64,000 nucleotides of DNA from an uncultured Pseudobdellovibrionaceae bacterium (GTDB taxonomy: Bacteria > Bdellovibrionota > Bdellovibrionia > Bdellovibrionales > UBA1609). The translations under genes and the position numbers were made by a program. The stretch lies in NCBI GenBank assembly GCA_964628445.1, contig CAZVOP010000004.1, positions 9,635 through 73,634 of the forward strand. The letters run 5' to 3'. The notes beneath the pieces are model-generated. The model ran no database searches. It saw nothing but the letters and a program-made list of their open reading frames with translations, and was not told where the DNA came from. Positions 9,150 through 18,655 of this stretch are shown here, piece after piece. How positions within the stretch are numbered: position 1 is the stretch's first letter; each line of letters starts with the position of its first letter.

Positions 9150-11105
9150 TTGTCTAAAACGGTGCAATATCTGACCATTCTGTGTTGGGTCATATGGGCA
9201 ATTTTCTATGCGTTCACGTCGTCCATTTACGTCTCGACGTTCCATATTGATGGAGCATTTCAGACGGCTAGTGGCCTCTATCGCATAGATTCAGGTTTTT
9301 TCCCTGGAAGGGATTTCTTCCCATATCTTGGAATTGGACCGGCTATGGTTCTGTTTCCATTTTTTAAACTTTTTGGTTCCAATATGGCGGCTAGTGCAAT
9401 CTCCGCCCAATTGGTTGTTTTGCTTTGCGCATCGTTTGCGGGAGCTCTGGTCTGGCATTTATTTTGGAAACCTAGAACGTTCGCCGAATCTCTTTGCTTT
9501 TCGATGACGCTTCTCTATGCGCCAGTCATTTTAGCTCAATTTAGTGTTTTCCGTCTGCCATTTTGGATTGAATTTGCGATATCGCCCGGACACTCTCTGC
9601 GTCCACTTCGTTCTTTTATTCCTTATGCTATTTTGTCAGTTTTTATTTTGTACGTGCGGCGGCCGGAAAAATCGTCGGTGACATATATTTGGGCCGGTGC
9701 TCTTGCTGGGCTCGCGATGCTTTGGTCAAATGACTACGCGATTCCATGTTTCGGTTTCTTTGGCCTGGCGATAATTTCATATTCGTGGTCCCGCAATGAG
9801 TGTAATTTAAAAAATGCTTCGCTCTACGTAATTGTGGCGCTCGTGGCTTGGAGTCTGCTTTTGACGGCAACAACCGCGGGACATCCGATTGAATTTCTCC
9901 TCTATAACTTTCGAGACGTCCGTACCGATCAATGGTGGTTTTTCGGGGAATATAGAGCTCAGAGCCGCATTTTCACAATCGGAGACTTGGGGAAGTTATG
10001 GAGTAAAGACACCCAATTACCTGTCATCATTGCATTCCTTCTTCTTACTCTCTCGTTACGAACAAAATCTGTTCAGCATTTCCTCTTGGGAGTTCTGGGG
10101 TTAACTATTTTTGCCAGTGGTGCTTTGGCGTCGATTGGTGGTCACGTGGGAGGTTATTTTGGTCCTTTAATTTTTTGGGCAAAAGCGACCTCGATCATTG
10201 GTGCATGGCGATTCATTTGGATTGCTTATGGAGCTTGGCGAAAGCCTCCGCTATATTTATGGTCTGCAGTTAGTTGCACTTTTTTTGTCCTGGCTTTTGC
10301 GGCTTCTTTGATTTCTTGGCACGACTATCGGACGACGCTTCAATTGGTACGTAACGATTCGGAGAAGATTTACGTTCCTGAATTAGGTGGTTATCTCGAT
10401 CAAAAATGGCGCGAGTACATTGAGATGGCTAGGCAATCCAACGAATCCGCTGTTTTCGAGGAATATTGGGGGTTATGGAGTGCCACGAAGCGAATCTTTC
10501 CCGGCTGGCCGGTCGACTCGGTAATTCACGCTTTGGGCAAGGTTCGTGAAGAAGCAGCATCTCGTGTGAGCGATGCGAAATTGATTGTCACCACGCGTGG
10601 CTCGTGGTCACCGATTTGGCAACCGTGGAATTTGACGCAGAACTATTGGCTGTACGCAGAGTTATTGAGGAGATGGGAGCCAATTTATCTCTCTCCTGCG
10701 ACAGTTGTTTGGCGCAGAATTGCTAAGGAGCGTGAGTTCAGTGACGCCTCATGCGAAATCGGTCATGATGGCACTCGTATCACTTTGGGAGATTCGGACA
10801 CTGGCTTTTTCGAAGTTAAATTGAATTATGAATTGCAGGGCTCGGGAAGGTTTTTGCTCCAGGTTAAGAATAATATCTCATTCGGCGGGGGCGCAGATGG
10901 ACACGTGTCGATCGATCCGAAAGGCGATGAATCAACATTTCCAATTTATCGTGAATTTCGCGGGGAAGAATACCCCGTGATCGTAAGCGGACCCAATGCT
11001 CACCGGCTAATCTTGCGTTCGTGTTCGGCAAAGAAGATTCAATATGTAAATCCAGAAATTCTAAAAACGTACGGATTGATCACTCGGTGGATAGTTTCCC
11101 AATAG
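9150..11105 (+). CDS. Large polytopic membrane protein with hydrophilic C-terminal domain, function unknown (candidate GT-C/polymer-handling protein)
   Basis: TTG start. About 400 N-terminal residues carry at least 10 hydrophobic segments, followed by an approximately 250-aa soluble domain. I can name no motif. Location inside the glycan island is the only functional clue. Confidence 0.6.
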   Translation: MSKTVQYLTILCWVIWAIFYAFTSSIYVSTFHIDGAFQTASGLYRIDSGFFPGRDFFPYLGIGPAMVLFPFFKLFGSNMAASAISAQLVVLLCASFAGALVWHLFWKPRTFAESLCFSMTLLYAPVILAQFSVFRLPFWIEFAISPGHSLRPLRSFIPYAILSVFILYVRRPEKSSVTYIWAGALAGLAMLWSNDYAIPCFGFFGLAIISYSWSRNECNLKNASLYVIVALVAWSLLLTATTAGHPIEFLLYNFRDVRTDQWWFFGEYRAQSRIFTIGDLGKLWSKDTQLPVIIAFLLLTLSLRTKSVQHFLLGVLGLTIFASGALASIGGHVGGYFGPLIFWAKATSIIGAWRFIWIAYGAWRKPPLYLWSAVSCTFFVLAFAASLISWHDYRTTLQLVRNDSEKIYVPELGGYLDQKWREYIEMARQSNESAVFEEYWGLWSATKRIFPGWPVDSVIHALGKVREEAASRVSDAKLIVTTRGSWSPIWQPWNLTQNYWLYAELLRRWEPIYLSPATVVWRRIAKEREFSDASCEIGHDGTRITLGDSDTGFFEVKLNYELQGSGRFLLQVKNNISFGGGADGHVSIDPKGDESTFPIYREFRGEEYPVIVSGPNAHRLILRSCSAKKIQYVNPEILKTYGLITRWIVSQ

Positions 11106-11110
11106 ATTTT

Positions 11111-11392
11111 TTAGTTCGTCAGCGCAAACTTCTTCTTCAGTTTCCAGCCGCGGCGCTTTAGGCGGTAGGAGAAGTTACGTTGGTCTTCGGGCAGTTCTTC
11201 ATCGTTAGTCGGTTTCGGGTTGCCGTTCAGAATGGCGTTGGTGAAGTCGGTGAAGTGATTAGTTATGCGGCTCGGATGGAGGCTGGCATGGGTGCGATCC
11301 TTGGTGAAGACGGCGACAAAGTCATTCCAGCCGGAAAGGTGTTGGTTAGATAAGGGAGCGAGATGTGCGGGCCCTCTTGCGACCGTAATCAT
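11111..11392 (-). CDS. Hypothetical small protein (doubtful ORF)
   Basis: A 93-aa ORF fills the 336-nt gap between convergent genes. It has no Shine-Dalgarno sequence upstream and no recognisable motif. Confidence 0.3.
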   Translation of the reverse strand: MITVARGPAHLAPLSNQHLSGWNDFVAVFTKDRTHASLHPSRITNHFTDFTNAILNGNPKPTNDEELPEDQRNFSYRLKRRGWKLKKKFALTN

Positions 11393-11441
11393 GCCGGCCT
11401 AGAACGAGGGCTTAATGAATTCAATTAATTTCGCGGGCGTC

Positions 11442-12332
11442 TCAGCGCCACGGACCTAGCCCGATTTTTTCTTGGCTTATGTCGCGCGAAACGGCTTTTA
11501 AAATCTCGAGCATGCGTTTGTCTTTGCGTAGCCAAGATTTGAATTCAACTTTTTTTAAGCGAAAGAGTTCTTGAAATTTAGTGAACGTACCGCTGTAGCC
11601 ATTTCGCTTTTTAAAAAGATAAGCATTGCGGCGGCAGTAGTATTCGGCGGTCGCGCTGAAGGCTCCCACTTCGCGGTGATGGTGAACCCGTGAGCGGTAA
11701 GAAACATAATTTTTGTAGCCTGCACGCTGTGCCAGCAATCCCCATTCACAATCTTCGTAATACAGAAAATAGTCTTCAGGAATCAGTCCGATTTTTTTGA
11801 TCACGTCGCAATGAGTGAATACGCACGCTCCATTCACGTAGTCGGTAGCGCCGAATTCATTTTTTAGTTCGGGAATTTCGTTTACGGTACGGCCTTTGTT
11901 TCCGTGTTTCACGCGGCCGCGGGAGTCGATCTTAGATTGAAAAAAGTAGACAGACTCTCCGCCGTTGAGGTCAGTAAGCGAACCCAAAAAACCAGGATTA
12001 TCGAGACGGGCCCATAGGCTGGTCAAAATCTCCAGACAATCGTTTTCAACCGTTAAATCTTTGGTGAGCAACCACAAGAATTCGGCACCATCCTCGATCG
12101 CTTTTTGAATACCTAGGTTCATCCCACCGGCATACCCTAAATTAACCGGGGTCGAGACGATCTGCTCGGGTTTTAGTTCCTGATTCAGGCGATTTATTGC
12201 TTCCGGGCCCGTGCCATTTTCCACGACGTAGATTCTTTTTTCCGGGCCGCGAAGCTGTTCAAGGTTTTTAACTAACCGAATCGCGCTATCGACATTTCGG
12301 TAATTGAGAATAACGCAGGCGATTTTACTCAT
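11442..12332 (-). CDS. Glycosyltransferase family 2 (rhamnosyltransferase-like)
   Basis: ATG 12332 overlaps the upstream stop (ATGA). MSKIACVILNYRN, VVENGTGPE, YAGGMNLG and YYEDCEW are GT2 motifs. The track ORF 11442..12422 carries an unlikely 30-codon extension. Confidence 0.8.
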   Translation of the reverse strand: MSKIACVILNYRNVDSAIRLVKNLEQLRGPEKRIYVVENGTGPEAINRLNQELKPEQIVSTPVNLGYAGGMNLGIQKAIEDGAEFLWLLTKDLTVENDCLEILTSLWARLDNPGFLGSLTDLNGGESVYFFQSKIDSRGRVKHGNKGRTVNEIPELKNEFGATDYVNGACVFTHCDVIKKIGLIPEDYFLYYEDCEWGLLAQRAGYKNYVSYRSRVHHHREVGAFSATAEYYCRRNAYLFKKRNGYSGTFTKFQELFRLKKVEFKSWLRKDKRMLEILKAVSRDISQEKIGLGPWR

Positions 12333-12883
12333 GTGTTTTGTCCCGTAAACGGCGATACAAAATTGTTGAAGGCGGGAAAAGACGTATCGCGGGCGGAAAG
12401 AGTCGGTGATTTTACACACCAATCAAAATCGATCGAGTTCCAAAGAATTCCGCTATCGGCCTCAGAATTGTAGACGGAGGTGACCGCATATACCATGGCG
12501 GTTTCATCTTCTTTGGCTAGAAAGCCATGGGCAACTCCCTTCGGCACATAAACTGAGATCGCGTCCTTGCCGTTCAACTCCACGCTGGCGCATTTGCCGT
12601 AAGTCGGAGCTTTTTTCCTTAAATCGACAATCACATCGACAGCGGATCCGGACACGCAATAAACAAGCTTCGCGTGCTCGAACGGCGGCTTTTGGAAGTG
12701 CAGGCCGCGCACGACGTTTTTGTGCGATACCGAATAATATTGCTCGGCAAATTGCCATTCGAGACCGTTGTCGCGAAAAAAACCTTCATGCATGGTCTTG
12801 CAAAAAAAACCGCGCTCGTCAGGCATTACTTTTCCATGAATTGTGAAGGCGCCCGAAATCGCGAGTGGCTTAAGTTTAAACAT
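12329..12883 (-). CDS. Nucleotide-4-keto-6-deoxyhexose 3,5-(or 5-)epimerase, RmlC/AscE-like cupin
   Basis: DERGFF, VRGLHFQ, KLVYCVSGSAVDVIVDLR and VYVPKGVAHGF form the RmlC-type signature. ATG 12883 (MFKLKP) overlaps the upstream gene by 8 nt. Confidence 0.8.
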   Translation of the reverse strand: MFKLKPLAISGAFTIHGKVMPDERGFFCKTMHEGFFRDNGLEWQFAEQYYSVSHKNVVRGLHFQKPPFEHAKLVYCVSGSAVDVIVDLRKKAPTYGKCASVELNGKDAISVYVPKGVAHGFLAKEDETAMVYAVTSVYNSEADSGILWNSIDFDWCVKSPTLSARDTSFPAFNNFVSPFTGQNT

Positions 12884-13757
12884 TTGAATCTTCCGCGAAA
12901 AATTCTTTAAGTCCGGTATCAAGCGGGACCTTCGGAGACCAACCTGGAAGGATGTCGCCTGCCGCCCATGGTTTCATGACTTCACGTGAACGATAAGGTC
13001 TTGATCCCCACTCGACGGGGATAGGTTTGCCACTGGCCGCGGCGCTTTTCGCGACTAAGGTGCGCAAATTATTTCTTTCGCCGGAACGAAGATAGAAATC
13101 TTCGAATTTCCCTTCGGGGTTTTTCTGTACCCGTACCATTGCCGACATAAATGCCTGAACGGCATCACTGACGTGCAATAAATCAATTTCTTGTTCACCG
13201 GGGGAGAGTTTGAGCGGTTGAGCCGCTTCCGCGGAGTCGCGAAGTAAGCGCAAAAGTTTCTTTCGTGAGTCGCGCGGTCCGTAGGTGTCAAAAAGCTTTA
13301 AGGTAACATTTCGGAGACCGCGTGCATCGCAATAGTAACGGAGGATGGATTCAAAAGCTTCTTTGGTGGCCGCATAAAGATTCGTTGGCAGGCCCTTCTG
13401 ACCTCCAAAATTTTGCCAAGCTGTACCGGCGGAAACTAAATGCATGCACCCGTTACCAATCATTGCGTCCACCAGCTCCGTTCCGAACGTGATATTTGTC
13501 GCGCAAAGATTCGGTATGTCGGAAAATTGATGTTCCACGAGGAATAGCGAGGCAAGATGCACAACGACGTCGGGTCTGGCGGATTTAAAGGCAAGATCAA
13601 TGGATTTACCAGTCCCGTCATAAGCGTGTACGGATACGCCTAAAAGTTCATTAGGCAGCTGATTCCTTGGGCGGAGTAATGCATGGACTTGATGCCCAGC
13701 TTTAAGCAATTCAGATGTGAGATGGCGTCCAATGAAACCACTAGCGCCGGTGATCAA
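12876..13757 (-). CDS. NAD-dependent epimerase/dehydratase family protein (AscF / CDP-paratose-synthase-like 4-reductase candidate)
   Basis: MITGASGFIGRHL (GxxGxxG) and YAATK (YxxxK) mark extended SDRs. 293 aa. It is operonic with the RmlC-like epimerase. Confidence 0.75.
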   Translation of the reverse strand: MITGASGFIGRHLTSELLKAGHQVHALLRPRNQLPNELLGVSVHAYDGTGKSIDLAFKSARPDVVVHLASLFLVEHQFSDIPNLCATNITFGTELVDAMIGNGCMHLVSAGTAWQNFGGQKGLPTNLYAATKEAFESILRYYCDARGLRNVTLKLFDTYGPRDSRKKLLRLLRDSAEAAQPLKLSPGEQEIDLLHVSDAVQAFMSAMVRVQKNPEGKFEDFYLRSGERNNLRTLVAKSAAASGKPIPVEWGSRPYRSREVMKPWAAGDILPGWSPKVPLDTGLKEFFAEDSNV

Positions 13758-13877
13758 AACGTCGATTTTTCACTCCTCAATTGAGTGGCCACAATTTAGC
13801 TGTGTCATCCTCAACATTCAAAGCCGAGCGCAGCTCATTTATGCGGTGAGTCACATCCGTGATTTTAAGAGCTGAAC

Positions 13878-15194
13878 GTGATTATATCTGCGCTCATGAG
13901 ACAAAAAGTCATCGATGCGGGGCGCGAGTACTTTCGAAGCCTCCCAAAAAAGCAAATGCGGCCGGGTCAGGATTACATTCCAGTATCCGGTAAAGTTCTT
14001 GATGAGGATGATCTAGATCACCTCCTAGAGGCAAGCCTGGACATGTGGTTAACCGCGGGAAGATTTGCCGACACATTTGAGAAGCAATTCGCCGAATTTA
14101 TGGGGCAGAAATATTGTTTGCTCGTCAACTCAGGCTCTTCGGCAAACCTCGTGGCATTTAGTGCTTTAACGTCACCTCTACTGGGAAGTAAAAAGATCAA
14201 AGCGGGGGACGAGGTCATCACGGTAGCGGCGGGATTTCCGACGACGGTGAATCCCATTATTCAGAACCAATGCGTTCCCGTCTTTATTGACGTGGAGCTT
14301 GGTACTTACCAAGTTGATATTTCGAAACTTGAATCCGCCCTGAGTGAAAAAACCAGCGCGGTAATGATCGCGCACACCCTCGGTAACATGTTTAACGCGC
14401 GCGAAGTCCGCGACTTTTGCAAAAAACATGATCTTTGGTTAGTTGAGGATTGCTGTGATGCCACGGGTGCGACGTTTGAAGGCCAAAAGGCGGGGACCTT
14501 TGGCGACATCGCGACCGTTAGTTTTTATCCCGCCCATCATATCACTATGGGTGAAGGCGGAGCGGTTCTTACATCGAATCCGATTCTTAAGCGTGCGGCG
14601 GAATCCATTCGAGATTGGGGCAGGGATTGTTGGTGTCCTCCCGGAAAAGACAATACTTGTCAGAAGCGGTTTAACTGGACACTTGGACAAATGCCGAAGG
14701 GCTATGATCACAAGTACACCTACAGCCACGTCGGCTACAACTTGAAGGTCAGCGACATGCAAGCGGCGATCGGCGTAAGCCAGCTTAAAAAGTTGCCTGC
14801 CTTCATCGCTAAGCGCCGGCAGAATTTTTTTTACCTCCGCGAAAAACTTATGGGTATAGAAAGTAAGATCATCCTTCCGCGAGCAACCGAAGGTGCTGAG
14901 GCGAGTTGGTTTGGTTTTCCGATTACGTTACGGGCTGAAAGTGAAATTTCCCGCAATGACTTGGTTAAATTTTTGGAATCAAAAAAAATCGGGACACGGC
15001 TTTTATTCGGCGGAAATTTGGTCAAGCAGCCGGCTTACGCCCAAGTCGTTCACAGGGTGGTCGGTTCTTTGGAGTCAACCGACATGATCATGAATAATAC
15101 TTTTTGGGTCGGCGTTTATCCCGCGCTTGAGACGATTCATTTGGATTATATCGCGCAGCTGATCGAAAGCGGCCTTAACGGAGAAATAAGATGA
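13878..15194 (+). CDS. ddhC: CDP-4-dehydro-6-deoxyglucose 3-dehydrase (E1; RfbH/AscC/DdhC)
   Basis: Collinear with Salmonella/Yersinia RfbH as I remember it: GSSANL and [17 protein letters not shown] are both present. [15 protein letters not shown] has His in place of the Schiff-base Lys, which is the E1 hallmark. [16 protein letters not shown] is the Cys cluster. An alternative ATG lies at 13896. Confidence 0.9.
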   Translation: MIISALMRQKVIDAGREYFRSLPKKQMRPGQDYIPVSGKVLDEDDLDHLLEASLDMWLTAGRFADTFEKQFAEFMGQKYCLLVNSGSSANLVAFSALTSPLLGSKKIKAGDEVITVAAGFPTTVNPIIQNQCVPVFIDVELGTYQVDISKLESALSEKTSAVMIAHTLGNMFNAREVRDFCKKHDLWLVEDCCDATGATFEGQKAGTFGDIATVSFYPAHHITMGEGGAVLTSNPILKRAAESIRDWGRDCWCPPGKDNTCQKRFNWTLGQMPKGYDHKYTYSHVGYNLKVSDMQAAIGVSQLKKLPAFIAKRRQNFFYLREKLMGIESKIILPRATEGAEASWFGFPITLRAESEISRNDLVKFLESKKIGTRLLFGGNLVKQPAYAQVVHRVVGSLESTDMIMNNTFWVGVYPALETIHLDYIAQLIESGLNGEIR

Positions 15195-15958
15195 AAGTTG
15201 CCATTCTTGCCGGCGGATACGGGACACGTCTCTCGGAAGAAACTGAATTGAAGCCGAAACCTATGGTGGAAATTGGTGGCAAGCCAATGCTTTGGCACAT
15301 CATGAAGCACTACTACTCGTACGGGTTTAACGACTTCGTGATTTTGGGTGGTTATAAGTGCTTCGCGATTAAAGAATATTTTTCGAACTACACTTTCCAC
15401 AATAGCGATATCGTGGTGGACGCCTCGCAAAACAAAGTAACCGTCGTGAATAACAATTCCGAAAAATGGAAAGTCACCATCCTCGATACCGGCCTCGACA
15501 CGATGACCGGTGGCCGCATTCGGCGCGCCAAAGAATATCTTAAAGATGGGCCTTTTATGGTGACTTACGGCGACGGCGTTTCTGACGTCAATTTAGAAAG
15601 TTTAATCGGGTTTCATCGCCGCCACAAGGCGATCTGTACGCTGACCGCGATTCAGCCCGAAGCGCGTTTTGGGGTGATTCAATTTGGCGATAACGACCAG
15701 GTGCAAAAGTTTGCCGAAAAGCCAAAAGGCGACGGCTCATGGATCAATGGCGGGTTTTTTGTCTGCGAACCCGAAATTTTAAAATACCTCGATAGCGATG
15801 AGACCATATTTGAACGAAGTCCACTCGAGAAACTTGCCGGCGAAAATAAATTATTTGCTTATCGTCACGAAGGTTTTTGGAAGTGTATGGACACTCTCCG
15901 CGACAAACAGCAGTTGGAAACTATGTGGGAAAAAGGAGACGTGCGTTGGCGCGTTTGA
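15191..15958 (+). CDS. ddhA: Glucose-1-phosphate cytidylyltransferase (RfbF/DdhA)
   Basis: [38 protein letters not shown] and the C-terminal [11 protein letters not shown] closely match RfbF. The start overlaps the ddhC stop (ATGA). Confidence 0.92.
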   Translation: MKVAILAGGYGTRLSEETELKPKPMVEIGGKPMLWHIMKHYYSYGFNDFVILGGYKCFAIKEYFSNYTFHNSDIVVDASQNKVTVVNNNSEKWKVTILDTGLDTMTGGRIRRAKEYLKDGPFMVTYGDGVSDVNLESLIGFHRRHKAICTLTAIQPEARFGVIQFGDNDQVQKFAEKPKGDGSWINGGFFVCEPEILKYLDSDETIFERSPLEKLAGENKLFAYRHEGFWKCMDTLRDKQQLETMWEKGDVRWRV

Positions 15959-17016
15959 ACCGCTCGTTTTGGAAAGGCCGCCGGGTTTTAATAACCGGAC
16001 ACACAGGTTTTAAGGGGACTTGGCTTGCGCAGATTCTGCAAAAATTAGGCGCTGAGGTGGCGGGATACGCTCTTGCGCCCGAGACCAATCCGAATCATTT
16101 TGAAATATTAAAATGGGAATTACGCCATACCCTTGGGGATATTCGCGATATTGAGGGCACGCGCGATTATTTTACGGAGATTGGGCCCGAAGTCGTTTTG
16201 CACCTTGCGGCTCAGCCATTGGTTCTGGATTCATACGAGAATCCCCGTGAGACCTATGAGATTAATGTCATGGGAACGCTAAATGTTTTGGAGGCTGTTC
16301 GACAAACCCCCTCGGTCAAAGCGGTTATCATCGTAACTTCCGATAAATGTTATGAGAACCGCGAGTGGGACCGACCTTACCGGGAGGATGACTCCATGGG
16401 AGGTTATGATCCCTACAGCTCATCGAAGGGTTGCGCCGAACTCTTAACTTCGAGCTATCGTCAAAGTTTTTTCAATCCGTCGGCATTCGGTGATCGCCAT
16501 CAGGTCCTTCTGGCATCAGCTCGGGCGGGCAATGTTATCGGCGGCGGGGATTGGGCTCCCAATCGTTTACTCCCGGATTTTGCCCGGGCATTTTCGCGCG
16601 GAGAAAAGGTCGTCCTTCGTAATCCGGAGGCCGTGCGGCCTTGGCAGCACGTGATTGATCCGTTGATTGGCTACTTGATGCTGGCGGAAAAGTTAGCCGC
16701 GGGAAAGAAAGAATTCGCTAAAGGCTGGAATTTTGGTCCGGAGCTATCCAGTTGCTGGAGCGTGGGCCAGATCGTCGAAAAAGTTCAAGAACTGTGGCCC
16801 GAATTTAAATTCGAACTCGAGAAATCAAATCGCCATGAAGCGAAGTTTTTAATGCTCGATTCAAGCAAAGCTAAATCTGAATTAGGCTGGAATTCTAGTT
16901 TTGATATTCAAGAATCATTAAGCCTCACGCTTCGCTGGTATGAGGCTTATATAAGGCACCGCGAAGTTCTCACTTACGATCAAATCGCGGCTCTATTGAG
17001 TAAAATAGCCGTATAG
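15955..17016 (+). CDS. ddhB: CDP-glucose 4,6-dehydratase (RfbG/DdhB)
   Basis: ORF track 15877..17016. TTG 15955 overlaps the ddhA stop (TTGA) and gives [24 protein letters not shown], the canonical RfbG N-terminus. YSSSK is the YxxxK motif. Confidence 0.9.
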   Translation: MNRSFWKGRRVLITGHTGFKGTWLAQILQKLGAEVAGYALAPETNPNHFEILKWELRHTLGDIRDIEGTRDYFTEIGPEVVLHLAAQPLVLDSYENPRETYEINVMGTLNVLEAVRQTPSVKAVIIVTSDKCYENREWDRPYREDDSMGGYDPYSSSKGCAELLTSSYRQSFFNPSAFGDRHQVLLASARAGNVIGGGDWAPNRLLPDFARAFSRGEKVVLRNPEAVRPWQHVIDPLIGYLMLAEKLAAGKKEFAKGWNFGPELSSCWSVGQIVEKVQELWPEFKFELEKSNRHEAKFLMLDSSKAKSELGWNSSFDIQESLSLTLRWYEAYIRHREVLTYDQIAALLSKIAV

Positions 17017-18174
17017 TTATCCGCCCAGCTCCATCTTCGCAATAGTCTGCAGCTGCATATTGCTCGTACCTTCATAGATCTGCCCAATCTTACAGTCGCG
17101 GAAGAACTTCTCTACCGGGTACTCTTTGGTGAATCCATTGCCACCAAAAAGATCGACCGCCATCGAGCAAATGCGCTCAGCATTGCGCGAGGCAATCAGC
17201 TTCGCGATGGCAGCGTCTTTGGCGAAGGGTAGGCCAGAGTCTTTAAGTCTAGCGGCATTGTAGACGTGAAGTTTTGCACTCTCGAGTAAGCAGCGCATTT
17301 CGCTCAGCTGGAACTGCACGCCTTGGAATTCGGAGATCGCTTTGCCGAATTGTTCACGGCTCTTAATGTATTTTACAGTTGCTTCGAAAGCACCTTGGGA
17401 GATACCGAGCATTTGCGCGGCAATGCCGATGCGGCCTTCATTTAAAGTTTCGATGGCAGCTTTGTAGCCTTTGCCGATCTCGCCGAGCACGTTTTCTTTA
17501 GGGATTTGGCAATTTTCAAAAAGGAGTTCGCAGGTCGAAGAGGCGCGAATGCCGAGTTTGTCTTCTTTTTTACCGACCTTAAAGCCGGCCATGCCTTTTT
17601 CGACGATAAAGCCCGTGATTCCCTTATAGCCTTTAGCGAAATCGGTGTTCGCGAAAACCAGAAACAAGCTCGCTTCATTGGCGCTGGTGATCCAGAGTTT
17701 GTGGCCGTTCAATACAAAGTGCGAACCTTTATCTTCCGCTTTAAGTTTCAGAGCAAAAGCGTCCGAACCGCTCGAGCTTTCGGATAGGGCATAGGAGCCT
17801 ACCCATTCGGTGGCGAGTTTGGGGAGATATTTTTTCTTTTGCGCGTCGCTACCCCAGCGAAGCAGAGCATTGGTCACTAAAGTGTTTTGCACATCGACCA
17901 AAACGCTGCACGAGCCATCGATTCGGCCAAGTTCTTCGACCGCGATGCAGGCCATGGTGAAGGAGCTTCCGGCGCCGCCATACTCTTCAGGAGTTTCGAT
18001 GCCCATCAGGCCCATTTCGAAGAACTTTTTGATCAGGCTGGGGTCCATGGTGGCCGCTTCGTCCATTTTGGTGACGAGGGGGCGGATCTCGGATTCAGCG
18101 AACTCACGAATCGCTTCGCGAAAGGCGTTTTCGTCGTCACTCATCGTGGTCAATGCGGGGCGGGCGTCGGTCAT
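17017..18174 (-). CDS. Acyl-CoA dehydrogenase (short/branched-chain type)
   Basis: 385 aa. YALSESSSGSDAF and the C-terminal GGNGFTKEYPVEKFFRDCKIGQIYEGTSNMQ are ACAD signatures. Its stop codon directly abuts the ddhB stop. Confidence 0.92.
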   Translation of the reverse strand: MTDARPALTTMSDDENAFREAIREFAESEIRPLVTKMDEAATMDPSLIKKFFEMGLMGIETPEEYGGAGSSFTMACIAVEELGRIDGSCSVLVDVQNTLVTNALLRWGSDAQKKKYLPKLATEWVGSYALSESSSGSDAFALKLKAEDKGSHFVLNGHKLWITSANEASLFLVFANTDFAKGYKGITGFIVEKGMAGFKVGKKEDKLGIRASSTCELLFENCQIPKENVLGEIGKGYKAAIETLNEGRIGIAAQMLGISQGAFEATVKYIKSREQFGKAISEFQGVQFQLSEMRCLLESAKLHVYNAARLKDSGLPFAKDAAIAKLIASRNAERICSMAVDLFGGNGFTKEYPVEKFFRDCKIGQIYEGTSNMQLQTIAKMELGG

Positions 18175-18246
18175 AAATCTCCTCTTAATCTACCTTAAAG
18201 CGCCTATATGTTGACTGGCCTAATTGTTAGGTTAAATTCAACGGGA

Positions 18247-18639
18247 ATGCAAAGTCCTTATCGAGTTCTCATAGCTAAACCCGGCCTCGATGGCCATGAC
18301 CGCGGCGCGAAAGTGGTCGCTCGTGCGTTGCGCGATGCGGGGTTCGAGGTCATTTATACGGGTCTCCATCAAACGCCGCAAATGGTGGTGGAGGCGGCGG
18401 TTCAAGAAGACGTCGATATCGTGGGACTTTCGATCTTGTCGGGCGCCCATGTGCCCTTGGTGACGGCTGTTCAGGATATTTTTAAGCAGCGCAAAATCGA
18501 TAAGCCGATTTTCGTGGGTGGGATTATTCCGCCGGAAGATTCCAAGTTCTTAAAAGGGCAGGGTGTGGCCGCGGTTTTTGGCCCGGGCTCAAGCTCCAAA
18601 GAGATTGTTGCTGAAATTCACCGGGTATTGAAAGCCTGA
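18247..18639 (+). CDS. Cobalamin B12-binding domain protein (methylmalonyl/isobutyryl-CoA mutase small subunit-like)
   Basis: ATG 18247. YRVLIAKPGLDGHDRGAKVVARALRDAGFEVIYTG contains the DxHxxG cobalamin-binding motif. Confidence 0.88.
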   Translation: MQSPYRVLIAKPGLDGHDRGAKVVARALRDAGFEVIYTGLHQTPQMVVEAAVQEDVDIVGLSILSGAHVPLVTAVQDIFKQRKIDKPIFVGGIIPPEDSKFLKGQGVAAVFGPGSSSKEIVAEIHRVLKA

Positions 18640-18655
18640 AAGGTCAGTAGCTTAA

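Noticed and set aside
1-12300. An impression that the first ~12 kb (the glycan island) is more A+T-rich than the rest, suggesting horizontal acquisition.
   Set aside because: Spot counts of single 60-nt lines ranged from about 42% to 57% GC within the island itself. I cannot establish a shift by eye. It needs a sliding-window GC and codon-usage calculation.
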